Below, in pieces: positions 9,936-19,898 of a stretch of DNA of 64,000 nt. The notes under the pieces are model-generated. The model worked only from the letters and a program-made list of their open reading frames with translations. It was not told where the DNA came from and made no database searches. Numbering within the stretch: position 1 is the stretch's first letter; every line of letters starts with the position of its first letter. Origin of the DNA: a virus (taxonomy: Duplodnaviria > Heunggongvirae > Uroviricota > Caudoviricetes); IMG/VR virus record IMGVR_UViG_3300017989_000089, positions 1 to 64,000 of that record, one strand, 5' to 3'. Both the position numbers and the translations under genes were made by a program.

Positions 9936-11065
9936 TACTGCAACACCTCGATGACATTAGTGGTGAAGCGCCAGTGGTATGGAGCCTGGAACACAGATTG
10001 CATTGGACGCTCGAGCATCACATACAGGGTCTTTTGTATATCGACCAAAGGCTCGAATGCTATAAAGAATGGTCTACCCACTTGTACGAGACTCGCAAGC
10101 GAATCCCATCGTGGCTTCTCCGCGGTAGGAATGCCGAGCCACTGTAACGGATACGCCATTCGAGTGGCACGTACATGTTGGAAGCTAGCTCCCTCTTCTG
10201 CGATATCGACAGAGGAAAGCTCTTCACGATCTTCAGTGAACGCAGCGGAATAGCCGTTGGATGGTTCGTAGTAATCACCTACATAAGGAACGCCCATCTC
10301 AACGAACCCATCTGGGTTCTGTGTGTTGTCGATTAGCATCCTCCACCAACGGTAGGCGACTGTAGAAGTGAGCCACTCGATCCCCTTAATGTAATCCCGA
10401 CCAGCATCCATTTGCAGCTGTATTGATAGTGGAGGGCTCCCCCACGAATCAATCGTGTTGGCCTGAATTGTGATAACCGTGTTCGCATCGAAGTTGCCAT
10501 CGAATGCTATAACAGCGGAGACAGGATACGAAGCATAACCAGTACCAAAGTCGAACTTGATCCACTCCAACGATCCGTGAGAAACATTGTCGGAGGAGTA
10601 TGATGTTCCGCCTGTGTCATCAGAGCTTGTGTCGAAGCCGATATCTCCACCGATAGTAGTTGCAGCGTTCGGTCCTGTGTTCCAGTCGAGATCGAATGTA
10701 GCAATCCCAGTAGCACGTGCGATCGTGAACAAGTTGGTGACCGGACTGTAAGTAACGGTGTATGTATTGTCGGTGGCGGCTGCATTTAGTTGAGTCTGGA
10801 TCTCAGCAGCCAATGTCACACCGCTCAGATAGTTCATTGCAGTAATAGTTGCTACTGCAGCACCGGATATGCTTTCGGTGAAGTCTAGTTTATCATTAAC
10901 ACCAGCGACGATATTCCACCCTAGCTCTGAGCGCCACCTCTTAGACCGCAGTGGATCATCCAAGAACGTTTTTGGAGCTTGTACCTGCTCAGAGCTTACA
11001 GTCACTACTGTGTTGTCAAGGAGCGCCCAATCCTCGAACAGGATTCTTCCACACGCTGTTCCCAT
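9935..11065 (-). CDS. distal tail protein (Dit-like)
   Basis: 376 aa, immediately downstream of the tape measure gene with overlapping stop and start. Confidence 0.45.
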   Translation of the reverse strand: MGTACGRILFEDWALLDNTVVTVSSEQVQAPKTFLDDPLRSKRWRSELGWNIVAGVNDKLDFTESISGAAVATITAMNYLSGVTLAAEIQTQLNAAATDNTYTVTYSPVTNLFTIARATGIATFDLDWNTGPNAATTIGGDIGFDTSSDDTGGTSYSSDNVSHGSLEWIKFDFGTGYASYPVSAVIAFDGNFDANTVITIQANTIDSWGSPPLSIQLQMDAGRDYIKGIEWLTSTVAYRWWRMLIDNTQNPDGFVEMGVPYVGDYYEPSNGYSAAFTEDREELSSVDIAEEGASFQHVRATRMAYPLQWLGIPTAEKPRWDSLASLVQVGRPFFIAFEPLVDIQKTLYVMLERPMQSVFQAPYHWRFTTNVIEVLQ

Positions 11066-14000
11066 TATCCGAACTCCCCAACTGCATCCGAATGGATACG
11101 GACATCACCTGTACGGCTGAGATCACCAATAACTTTACCGATTGTCTTGCCGTCGATCTGTAGAACCACAATGCTAGGACCACCGGTATCTCCACCACCA
11201 CGTCCGCCACCAGGGGTGATCTCTACGCGTTCCTCACCGGCCTCACCAGCAACGAATGGAGTAGGTACGCTAACGGTTGTAGCTAGGCCGAACTGACCGC
11301 CCTCTGGTGCTCCAGGTCCACCTCCACCTGTTTGATTTGCGGACGATGCAGCAGCCGCGGCATTTCTAGCAGCATCAGCCATCGCAGCGAATTTGTCTGC
11401 GCTTCCTAGAGCACTATCACCAAGGGCACCAACAGCGTCGACCGCAATGCTCATAGACTCGACAATACCAAGGGTTCCATCAGCCACACCTTGGTGTAGT
11501 ACCTGGAACTGCTCGAGGTCTTTGGCAGTGCCTTGTTCGAAGGAAGCCGTTAGTGCGTTCACTGCCTCCTGACCGGCGTTGGACAAAGTCTGCATCTCGT
11601 TCATGCCAGTACCACTGATCTGGCGGAGGTTCTCGGATGCGCCTTGCTCGAACCGTTCAAAGGCTTCACGACCGCGCCCCTCTATAAACTCTAGGTCGCG
11701 TCCGATCTCTTCACCAGCCATTCCGAAGCTCTCTGCAACATGTTGTCCGGCCTGTGCGCCAGCGTTACCAACCAATCCAAGCTCTTCTGCAGTGGCACCT
11801 AGCTTAGTAGCGACGATCTCGAGAACCTCAACCATCCGCTGCATTGGATCAGTCTTGAAACCGATTCCAGCAGCTTCGGCCTGATCAATGAGCTTCTGTG
11901 TGTTCTCATCGAGTTCAAAGCCGAACATCTGAGAAGCGTTCAAAGCTTCCTGTAGGAACGGAGCGATCTGTTGTAGAGCTTCCTCTTGGCTTAGCCCCGC
12001 GGCGGTCAACTGTTCGAAAGCAGCACCGGCTTGTTGTTGAAGGGCACCGAATGTCTCGGTCGTCAGATATCCAGCATTACCCAAACCGGTCATGGCCTCA
12101 GTCAACCCACCAATACCTTCGAGCAGTGGACGGAATTGAGGATCCTTCGCGATGTCGAAGAACCGTTGTACGCCACCGAAGTCAACCTCACCGCCGAATG
12201 CCTCGAGTTTTGCCTTGAGTTCCTGGAATGCAGGTTCGAAGGCATCAACCGCGGCAAGGAGTCCTTCCTCTTGTAGAGTTGCAAAGAAGGCTGCTGCGAA
12301 AATGGTAGCCTGAGCTTGAGCATCCTCAGCCGTCGCTACCTGAATACCACCGAACATCTTCTCACCGCCTTCCCCTTCCATTGCCTGACCGATCATCTTC
12401 GACACGCCTTCAGCTGCTTGTGCGAGTTGATCAGAGATGAAAGCTGCGATTTCTGGAATCTCCTGACCTAGCTCACGAGCACGATTGATGATGTTGAGCA
12501 TCGCGGCATCGGCGAACTTGCCAGCCTCGAATGTTTCTTCAGCCATCATGGAGAATGCATCACCAACGGCTTTGATCCCTTCTTCAGCAGGTACAGTACC
12601 AAGCTCGATCGAATTCAATAGATCGACGACTTGCTTCTCGGCATTTTCCATGCCAAATGCTACGGCACCACCGGCCTCCCGCATGATGTCGCCAAGATGG
12701 AGTAGACGAGACTCGAAACGCCCGAGGTCGAACTTCTCCTGGGTAGCCTCGATGGCTTTCGCGAGTTCCTCGGAGATCTTGACCCCAAAATCACGCTCGA
12801 TATCAGCGGCGATCTTCTCACTTTCGCTCTTCCACAAGTTACGGATTCCGCCGATCGCCGCACCCACAGCTGCTCCGATCCCGGCACCGATAGGACCACC
12901 GATTTGAGCACCCATTGACATACCGGCTGCAGCACCGCCGAAAATAGCTTTAGCTCCACCGCCAGCAGTGGCCTTCCAGATGGTACCGGCACCTTGAACA
13001 ACGTTGCCCATGAATTGCATACCGGCAGCGAGGCCTTCTGAAGAGAACAAGGAACCACCCTCTTTTTGCATGATACCTTGAATGTCTTTGAAGGAGGACT
13101 TCATCTCGGCACCGACTTGCATACCGACAGTCAGGCCACCCATAATCTTTCCAAAGGCGGAGTCAGCATCGATACCAAGGACCTGGAAGGCGGCAGCTAG
13201 ATCTCTAACGGCAGAGCGGAACTTCTTAGCTTGCTTCTCAGCTTCCTTCATCTGTTTCTCGGTCTCGGCGACGATAGCCGCACCGAGTGTACCAGGCATA
13301 TCTTTAGGCGTCTCACCGAACGAAGGCATCTCCGGCGCACCAGTGAATTTGAATCCAGCGGGCGGTTGTAGAGCTTCATCAGAGATATCGCTGAAATCTT
13401 TGAGGCTCTTGGACGCACTTTTGATTGCTTGATCGATTCCCTTAGCCCAATCGATAGAGGCTACAAGATTCTCGTTGAACTTCTTACGAAGATTCTCGAG
13501 AGCCGGATCGACTTCCATACCTGCCCGCTGTGCAAGCTCGAAGAGCTTCTTCGACATTGCATCTAGACCTTGATCCGTGAACTCTTTACCGGCAGCGAAG
13601 GCTTCGATCAGTGCCCGCTGATAATTTTCGAACTCAGTTACTGCGGTGTCGATGGTAAGAGCTTCGATCTCACTACGTAGGGCTTCAGCTGCTTTCTTCG
13701 CTTCCTCATCCGCCTTGATCTTCTCGCGCATTGCATCAACGGCATCCAAGAAGGACTCTCCCTGCTCACTAATGATCTTGGATAGTTCCTCTTCCTTAAT
13801 CCCTAGGAAGGATGCAGCGTCTTTCAAACGTTTGGCTTCCTCTGCAGACGCACGTAGACTCTCGATGATAGACTCGTTCTCCATCCTAAGATTGATCTTG
13901 GCTTCGGCAGCTTGACGTATTCCCTCGGCGGATGCAGCGAACTCTTCAGCTTCCTTGCGTGCGGCCTCGGCGAGTCTATTGGCGACATCGATCCCTTTCT

Positions 14001-16116
14001 CACCGGCTTCTATAGTGATACCAAGTTGCTCAGCCTGGTAACGCATTGCAGCGGTGACGGGGTCTGCATCTGGATCGATTTTCTCCATGGACATAATCCA
14101 ACCTTCGAAGAACTTAGTCATCTTGTCACTAAGTCCATCGAATAGGATTGCGAGTCCATCCAGTGCCGGTCCTATAAGTTTGAATCCTTCTACGAGTACT
14201 CCTATACCACTACCCCAATATAGTATTTGTTTACCGAACTCAATGACGGGACCCAAGACACCACCGACACTCCCACCGAATGATGTGATCCAAGTGATTA
14301 CTGCCGTGAATGTGGAAGCGATAGTGGTTCCCCAACCTTTTGCTACATCGATCCATCCCTTGATTGTCTCTATAATGATCCCGCCAGTATCCTTTGCAGC
14401 ACCGCCAAGAAGCTTGAATACTTCTATGGACCCATACCATGCTTTCTGGAAGATACCTGCATTGTTTATCGCATTCTTAGCTAGATCATCGGATTTGCCT
14501 TGCAACGCTTCCGCACGAGCAGACAGAAAATCTGCAGCGGCAACACCACTCAGGATCCCGGCGGCAATTGCAGCCGCTGCTGTACCAACCGAAGCAGCCA
14601 CAGGACCGACAGCTGATCCAATCGAACTAAAAGCTGGTCCCAGCTTTGTCACCATTGGTACGAGCTTGCTTAGGGCACCGCTGAACTTATTGGCGGCTGT
14701 TGTACCTTTATCGAAAGGCAACATCATTTGTCCACCAGCAACGCTTGTTGCCATGAAGACACCCTTCAGCTTCACGAGTTCACCGGCCAACAAAGCAAAG
14801 ACAGTCTTGGACTGGTTAATCAAACTGATTGTACCAACAAGAGCGCCACCCATGGTCCCAGCGGCGATAGTAAGAGCGACCAAGGCACCGGCCAATCCTA
14901 TCGCACCTAGAATTGCTACTTTGAACGGATCAGGTAGAGATTGGATCCACTTTGCCATGGTAGCTAGAGCACCAGCAAATTTGATCCCGACATCAATCAA
15001 GCCAAGGATTTGGTCCTTGAAGGCATTGAACAAATTGATCCCGATCTCTTCTACGGCTCTCTTCAAACGTCCGAATTGGGCAGATACAGTCGACAACTGA
15101 ACCGCGAACTCACGCTCCAACTTGAGGTGACGTTCACGATCCTTCGTAGCAGCATCCATCGCTTTGCGGAATAGATCGGCAGCACCAGCACCAGCCAACA
15201 TAGTTTGGACAGTACGCAGGTTCTGCAGATCCAACTTCTCGAGGGAGACGAGGAGTTTATCGGACCCTTCATCTTTCAGACGTCCCAGGCCTTCGATAAA
15301 CTGAGCAATCGCCTCACCGGCATCCTTTTGGAAGAGTTGTTGGAACTCATCCATGGACATCTTAGTAACGTTTGCAAACTCCTGAAGCTTTGGCCCACCG
15401 GTAGCGGTAGCCTCGATCATTTGTTGAACTAGCCGCTGTACCGCAGTCGAAGCACGTTCAGTACCAGGGACGACAGCGGAGAACCCACCAGCCAAACCAA
15501 GGAGTTGCTCACCGGAGAGATTGGCAGCTTTAGCCATACCACCGAGTAGCACGGAGAAGTTGAGGATTCGTTCTTCTGTAGTCGGCAGCTTATCGCCTAG
15601 GAAGGCGAGAGTAGACGCAAGCTTGTCGACGTCATCTATACTCTCTCCGGTGAGCGCAACGAGTCGAGCCAGACCTCTGGCAGCGGCTTCAGGAGTAAGT
15701 TCCGCGGCAGCAATGCTCAACTTAGCAATCGTATCTGTGAATTTGGCAAGCTGTTTCGTACCCTCTACACCAAGTTGTCCACCGATTCTCGTCAAGTCAG
15801 CGAGTTCAGCTGCAGCGATACCGGTCGCCTTGGAGGCATCCATCAAGGACGACTCCAACTTGGCGAAGTCCGTTGTGGCGGGGTCAACAGTCTTACGAAC
15901 TCCAGCCATCGCTGATTCGAAATCAGTACCAACTTTCAAAGCGAAGCCGGAGATAGCACCGAAGCTAGCCGCAAATGCTGCCCCCATTCTGTATCCGACG
16001 ACGTTAAGGGTTGCAGAGAATGACTGCACCGTCTTCATCGATTCGGACAAACCGGATCTGAACCCACGGGAGTCCACTCCCATGGACATCATTAGAGGGC
16101 CGATATCTCTTGCCAT
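11065..16116 (-). CDS. tail tape measure protein
   Basis: 1683 aa, Ala/Gly-rich with coiled-coil stretches. Contains a TP901-type TMP motif (..AQFIEGLGRLKDEGSDK..). Position after the tail chaperones. Confidence 0.8.
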   Translation of the reverse strand: MARDIGPLMMSMGVDSRGFRSGLSESMKTVQSFSATLNVVGYRMGAAFAASFGAISGFALKVGTDFESAMAGVRKTVDPATTDFAKLESSLMDASKATGIAAAELADLTRIGGQLGVEGTKQLAKFTDTIAKLSIAAAELTPEAAARGLARLVALTGESIDDVDKLASTLAFLGDKLPTTEERILNFSVLLGGMAKAANLSGEQLLGLAGGFSAVVPGTERASTAVQRLVQQMIEATATGGPKLQEFANVTKMSMDEFQQLFQKDAGEAIAQFIEGLGRLKDEGSDKLLVSLEKLDLQNLRTVQTMLAGAGAADLFRKAMDAATKDRERHLKLEREFAVQLSTVSAQFGRLKRAVEEIGINLFNAFKDQILGLIDVGIKFAGALATMAKWIQSLPDPFKVAILGAIGLAGALVALTIAAGTMGGALVGTISLINQSKTVFALLAGELVKLKGVFMATSVAGGQMMLPFDKGTTAANKFSGALSKLVPMVTKLGPAFSSIGSAVGPVAASVGTAAAAIAAGILSGVAAADFLSARAEALQGKSDDLAKNAINNAGIFQKAWYGSIEVFKLLGGAAKDTGGIIIETIKGWIDVAKGWGTTIASTFTAVITWITSFGGSVGGVLGPVIEFGKQILYWGSGIGVLVEGFKLIGPALDGLAILFDGLSDKMTKFFEGWIMSMEKIDPDADPVTAAMRYQAEQLGITIEAGEKGIDVANRLAEAARKEAEEFAASAEGIRQAAEAKINLRMENESIIESLRASAEEAKRLKDAASFLGIKEEELSKIISEQGESFLDAVDAMREKIKADEEAKKAAEALRSEIEALTIDTAVTEFENYQRALIEAFAAGKEFTDQGLDAMSKKLFELAQRAGMEVDPALENLRKKFNENLVASIDWAKGIDQAIKSASKSLKDFSDISDEALQPPAGFKFTGAPEMPSFGETPKDMPGTLGAAIVAETEKQMKEAEKQAKKFRSAVRDLAAAFQVLGIDADSAFGKIMGGLTVGMQVGAEMKSSFKDIQGIMQKEGGSLFSSEGLAAGMQFMGNVVQGAGTIWKATAGGGAKAIFGGAAAGMSMGAQIGGPIGAGIGAAVGAAIGGIRNLWKSESEKIAADIERDFGVKISEELAKAIEATQEKFDLGRFESRLLHLGDIMREAGGAVAFGMENAEKQVVDLLNSIELGTVPAEEGIKAVGDAFSMMAEETFEAGKFADAAMLNIINRARELGQEIPEIAAFISDQLAQAAEGVSKMIGQAMEGEGGEKMFGGIQVATAEDAQAQATIFAAAFFATLQEEGLLAAVDAFEPAFQELKAKLEAFGGEVDFGGVQRFFDIAKDPQFRPLLEGIGGLTEAMTGLGNAGYLTTETFGALQQQAGAAFEQLTAAGLSQEEALQQIAPFLQEALNASQMFGFELDENTQKLIDQAEAAGIGFKTDPMQRMVEVLEIVATKLGATAEELGLVGNAGAQAGQHVAESFGMAGEEIGRDLEFIEGRGREAFERFEQGASENLRQISGTGMNEMQTLSNAGQEAVNALTASFEQGTAKDLEQFQVLHQGVADGTLGIVESMSIAVDAVGALGDSALGSADKFAAMADAARNAAAAASSANQTGGGGPGAPEGGQFGLATTVSVPTPFVAGEAGEERVEITPGGGRGGGDTGGPSIVVLQIDGKTIGKVIGDLSRTGDVRIHSDAVGEFG

Positions 16117-16118
16117 TT

Positions 16119-16388
16119 TCAGATACCTAGATAGTTCCTATAGAACGGATTCCTAGGATCTATGTGGGATTCTTTGTAGAAGTCGACCATCTTTGCTCGC
16201 TTACCCTTCTTGAGGTGTCCGCAAGAATTGATGATCGATACGAGTGCGCTGGCACGTACTTTCTGATCGCGCTCGAGCTTCCAGTTAAAACCTCTAACTG
16301 CCGTCAGAAATTCACCAGGGGTTAGGGCTTCAAAGTCGTGGATACTCATTCCCATCACCCCCAGTGCCATCGGTTCAGCGTACTCCAC
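16119..16388 (-). CDS. tail assembly chaperone, frameshift-extension part (gpT-like)
   Basis: 89-aa ORF between the chaperone and the tape measure gene, in a different frame. Classic G/GT arrangement. Confidence 0.4.
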   Translation of the reverse strand: MEYAEPMALGVMGMSIHDFEALTPGEFLTAVRGFNWKLERDQKVRASALVSIINSCGHLKKGKRAKMVDFYKESHIDPRNPFYRNYLGI

Positions 16389-16417
16389 CCAATCACTCCA
16401 CGTTTCGATCCTAGGCT

Positions 16418-16828
16418 TTAGACGTTTGGGAGGTCTTTCCTACCACCAAGTGACTTGACCTCCCCACTTGGTGTATCATCTCTGTCGTCATCAGGCTCTT
16501 CCTCCTTGTCCGGCTTCTTCGCGATGATTCCAGCAGCCTGCATTGCCTCGATGACGTAGTCCGTCAATTCTCCAAGGTCTTTTCCGTTGTCCAACCACTT
16601 CTTTTGAACAAGTTCCCCAACCCTGGTGTCATTCAGCGGTCTCTTCTCAGATTCGCCGTATTTCAGCCCAATCGTGAGAAGCATGATGATCTCCTCGTAG
16701 CCAAGGTTGTTGGCATCGAAGATCTGACCGAACGTCTTTCCAAAATGACGCTCGAGTTCGCGAATTGCGTTGATCGTGTAACGAAGTCGTCTTGACTTGT
16801 CGAGAGGGATGTCAACATACTGTGCCAT
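16418..16828 (-). CDS. tail assembly chaperone (gpG-like)
   Basis: Start placed at the internal ATG 16826-16828 (MAQYVDIPL), preceded by AAAGGAGA. Acidic C-terminus. Confidence 0.5.
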   Translation of the reverse strand: MAQYVDIPLDKSRRLRYTINAIRELERHFGKTFGQIFDANNLGYEEIIMLLTIGLKYGESEKRPLNDTRVGELVQKKWLDNGKDLGELTDYVIEAMQAAGIIAKKPDKEEEPDDDRDDTPSGEVKSLGGRKDLPNV

Positions 16829-17010
16829 TGGTGTTCTCCTTTCTTGGCTGTGAAATTGTTGACTCGGTTGAATCCCTGAGGACCTTGTCCCCGTTGGGAT
16901 GGGGACGAGGCAGGTGTAGATGGTAGGCCGGTCATGACAACCAACCGTGAGGCCGGTGCCCGCGGCACCGAGTAGCACCGCGGGCCTCCGGTTTTAGATT
17001 CTACTCCAAC

Positions 17011-17784
17011 TTACGGCTTCACCGCAACTGCTACAGTGAAGGTGAAGGATGGAGTGGTTCCAGCGATAGTCCAATCAGCATGCAGATACTGATCGATGGT
17101 ATCGGATCCATTCGCCGTTTCGAGACGTTCGCAAGTAGGCGCGGTGGCCTGAGCGAAGGTCATTCCGGTAACAGGAGTCCACACCATGTCATCTGGGCTA
17201 TCCTCGATTACCACGTCGAGCGTAGGAGTGGTTCCAGATGCTAGGATGACGTGGAGGTGAGCGACGAGACCTTGAGTGGTTGTAGCAGCCCCACCGTAGA
17301 AATTGGTCATGTCGACGCTGGCTCCAGATCCGGTTGCAGACTCAGCGGCAATCGCGTGAAGCGAAACACCACGAGATAGGTCGCCGGAAAGTTGAAGATC
17401 CGCAGTCCACGCCTGTACACCATCCACCGGCTGAGTGGTGTTGTAGCTATTGATCAGCGCACGGAAAAGATATGCGATGTTCCCAATAGCCGCACCATTT
17501 GGAAAGTCGGTCCAGATGGATGCAGTCGGCGTATTGAAGGTCGCCTGCAGAATCGCATCGATGCCTTCATCGTAGTCATCATCGATGAAACCGGAAATAG
17601 ATCCGGTAGCATTCCGAAGACCATTGATGTAGGCTCGAGTGTCGTTGCAGTATGTCGTAACCTCGGGGAGGTCGATATCCTGCGTAAGATCGATGTTGTT
17701 CACGAAGCAGGTGATGTCGTGCTCACAGAGCACAACCTCAGTCTCTTTTCCGTGAAGGAACACAGGGTTGAGAATCTGACTCAT
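17011..17784 (-). CDS. major tail protein
   Basis: 257 aa, immediately upstream of the chaperones. Confidence 0.5.
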   Translation of the reverse strand: MSQILNPVFLHGKETEVVLCEHDITCFVNNIDLTQDIDLPEVTTYCNDTRAYINGLRNATGSISGFIDDDYDEGIDAILQATFNTPTASIWTDFPNGAAIGNIAYLFRALINSYNTTQPVDGVQAWTADLQLSGDLSRGVSLHAIAAESATGSGASVDMTNFYGGAATTTQGLVAHLHVILASGTTPTLDVVIEDSPDDMVWTPVTGMTFAQATAPTCERLETANGSDTIDQYLHADWTIAGTTPSFTFTVAVAVKP

Positions 17785-17790
17785 TGTGCC

Positions 17791-18033
17791 TTACTCCTCG
17801 AGTGCTCTGAGCACTCCTTTTCTTAGTAGAGACGCCTTGGCAACTTCACTGAGATCGCTTGGTACGTCATCTCCGGGGAGGACCTTCTGCTTCCCGTTGG
17901 TGAACGGCTTCACGACCTCAAACTTAGCTACCTTGGGCTCCGGTTTGGGTTCTTCCAGGATCTCCATTTCCTGGTCGTCGCCTTCCCATAGTTTGTGGGT
18001 TTTCATACTCCACCTCTTCTGTAAATTGCTCAC
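17791..18033 (-). CDS. hypothetical protein
   Basis: 80-aa acidic ORF. Overlaps the neighbouring ORF 17924-18226 in another frame. Confidence 0.25.
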   Translation of the reverse strand: MSNLQKRWSMKTHKLWEGDDQEMEILEEPKPEPKVAKFEVVKPFTNGKQKVLPGDDVPSDLSEVAKASLLRKGVLRALEE

Positions 18034-18226
18034 CGCACGTATTGCAGATTAAGGTTTTCTTTCCCATTCGCATTGTGAGCAACTCGGTAATGTCCGTGTG
18101 GGGACAAGTACCGGGTCCGCCTTTCTCCTTCTGGATTTCGGCATCGATTATGCCGATAGCCTTTATAAGGAGCTTTCGGATTATCTGCATTGTTGGTATG
18201 TTCATTAGTTTGGCCTCTTCCAGCAT
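17924..18226 (-). CDS. hypothetical zinc-ribbon protein
   Basis: 100-aa ORF with CPHTD...CNTCGEQF. Start is uncertain. Confidence 0.25.
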   Translation of the reverse strand: MLEEAKLMNIPTMQIIRKLLIKAIGIIDAEIQKEKGGPGTCPHTDITELLTMRMGKKTLICNTCGEQFTEEVEYENPQTMGRRRPGNGDPGRTQTGAQGS

Positions 18227-18615
18227 CTAAGTCCGAATCCGATCAACCAACGCCCTTGTTCATCGATCCCGATGTTGTAGGGCGACTGAGTAGCTTCTAT
18301 TACTGCGTAACGTGTTCCGGAAATCGTAATACCGACCAGGTTGTGTACGGCATGAAAAACTAGGTCAGCAAGATCTCTGGATGCTTTGTACTGATCCTTA
18401 GGAGTCCTCACTATTATCTGAATGTTCGGAAGCTCCATATGAAGCGTTGGACCTCTGCCCCTACCAACGAACGTTTCAGCAGGCGGCTCGCCACCAGGTC
18501 TCTCTATGATTCCGATCACCTGATCTGGATCTGTAGGTAGGAACCCAGTACGAATCGTTTCGGCAGGAAACTGTGCCGACAGATACGTGTGCAGATCATC
18601 AGTAACCGTAGCCAT
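18205..18615 (-). CDS. tail-completion/neck protein
   Basis: 136 aa. Stop and start are coupled with the gp10-like gene. Confidence 0.4.
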   Translation of the reverse strand: MATVTDDLHTYLSAQFPAETIRTGFLPTDPDQVIGIIERPGGEPPAETFVGRGRGPTLHMELPNIQIIVRTPKDQYKASRDLADLVFHAVHNLVGITISGTRYAVIEATQSPYNIGIDEQGRWLIGFGLRCWKRPN

Positions 18616-19103
18616 TAGATTGCTCCATAAACCGCAGCTTTGACCTTCTTTGCTATCCTATCCGCCATACCCGGAACCCTCTTTGCGGCGGCATTCTCCA
18701 GGAACTGGCTCTTAGTAGGATGCGTCTCGTGAACAATCACCGCGTAGTCAACAAACCTGCTTCCTCCTTCAGCCGATACAGTGATACCTCCGAACACGAC
18801 CTGGAAAGATGCCGTACCCTGCTTCTTATTGATACGAGGTTTGAACATCCTACCGGAAGTGACGAGGTGTCCCCTATCGATAGGTGTATTCGCCTTTGCA
18901 TCGTCCAAGATCATTTTCACTTCTTCTTCAGTTGCTTTTAGTGCGGCTTCAACACCCGCATCGCTAACCCTCTGCATCTGTTTCATCACTTGGCGAAGAC
19001 TAGCAGGAATGACCTCAATCTTTACGCGGGGAATTCCTTTACCCCTCGGTCCTCCTGCACCTCCGATGCCTCTTGCCGGAGGTCCTGTAAACATTCCAGG
19101 CAT
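18615..19103 (-). CDS. HK97 gp10-family tail completion protein
   Basis: 162 aa. The segment RFVDYAVIVHETH and overall size fit the HK97_gp10 family. Confidence 0.5.
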   Translation of the reverse strand: MPGMFTGPPARGIGGAGGPRGKGIPRVKIEVIPASLRQVMKQMQRVSDAGVEAALKATEEEVKMILDDAKANTPIDRGHLVTSGRMFKPRINKKQGTASFQVVFGGITVSAEGGSRFVDYAVIVHETHPTKSQFLENAAAKRVPGMADRIAKKVKAAVYGAI

Positions 19104-19436
19104 CTACGTCTCCAATACGATGTGATGAACCCCTTGATGATCGTGTGTGATCCTTACATCCAGAATCTTTGGTTGCAGTGGTTCGAAACCAGCAGGCAAC
19201 GTCAACCTATCCTTCGTCGTTATCCCCGTATATGTCGTGTACAGATAGATCAATCTACGTGATCTAATCGTGTGTTGATCCAAAGTACGTGTTATTCTCT
19301 CCTGCCTCTCGATCTTTGCTTTGTACTCCACCGGATCTCCGTATGTCGGACTCCCGCTATAGTCTTCAGAGATGAACGGCTCAATCGTCACCGTCCATAT
19401 AAAGAACTTCTTGAGCGGAGTGCCTATAATCGACAT
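19104..19436 (-). CDS. head-tail adaptor protein
   Basis: 110 aa, between the connector and gp10-like genes. Confidence 0.4.
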   Translation of the reverse strand: MSIIGTPLKKFFIWTVTIEPFISEDYSGSPTYGDPVEYKAKIERQERITRTLDQHTIRSRRLIYLYTTYTGITTKDRLTLPAGFEPLQPKILDVRITHDHQGVHHIVLET

Positions 19437-19886
19437 TTAAATCACCGTGAAGTCGACCGCAGGTCTACTACGACGAGTAGTACCCGGGTAGTCGTGCATC
19501 CCACGAAAGAAATCTCCACGTAGGATATTGGAATTCGACAACAGGGCATCCCGCTCGCTTTTGTACACACCTCCAATAGAAGGTTGCTGATGCATCGCAC
19601 CACGTGCTCGAAGCTGATCTTCCTTGACCTTGAGATCAGAGATCCTGCGAGCACGTAGACGTGTCTCACCAACTTTCTGTTCCTCCCAAATACCAGCTTG
19701 CAGCTTGAGAACCATCTGATTGACAGCCATAGCTGCGGCAAACCAGATATTAGGTTCCTGCGTCAGGATGAAGTCAATTTCTTCGTCCTCGAGTACGTGG
19801 TCATCCTTATTGGTATCGCCGGAGAGGAAACGTACCTTGTCTCGATCTCCTGGGAGACCCTCAGCAAGCTTGTACGAGAAAGTCAT
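19437..19886 (-). CDS. head-tail connector/head completion protein
   Basis: 149 aa, first gene after the head-module insertion. Confidence 0.4.
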   Translation of the reverse strand: MTFSYKLAEGLPGDRDKVRFLSGDTNKDDHVLEDEEIDFILTQEPNIWFAAAMAVNQMVLKLQAGIWEEQKVGETRLRARRISDLKVKEDQLRARGAMHQQPSIGGVYKSERDALLSNSNILRGDFFRGMHDYPGTTRRSRPAVDFTVI

Positions 19887-19898
19887 CTCTAAGCCCTC

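Noticed and set aside
11579-15272. Many 60-350-aa ORFs on the plus strand inside the tape measure gene (for example 14054-15100, 12485-12907).
   Set aside because: These are Ala/Ser/Pro-rich reverse-frame artefacts of the GC- and Ala-rich tape measure coding sequence. The 1683-aa minus-strand ORF explains the region.
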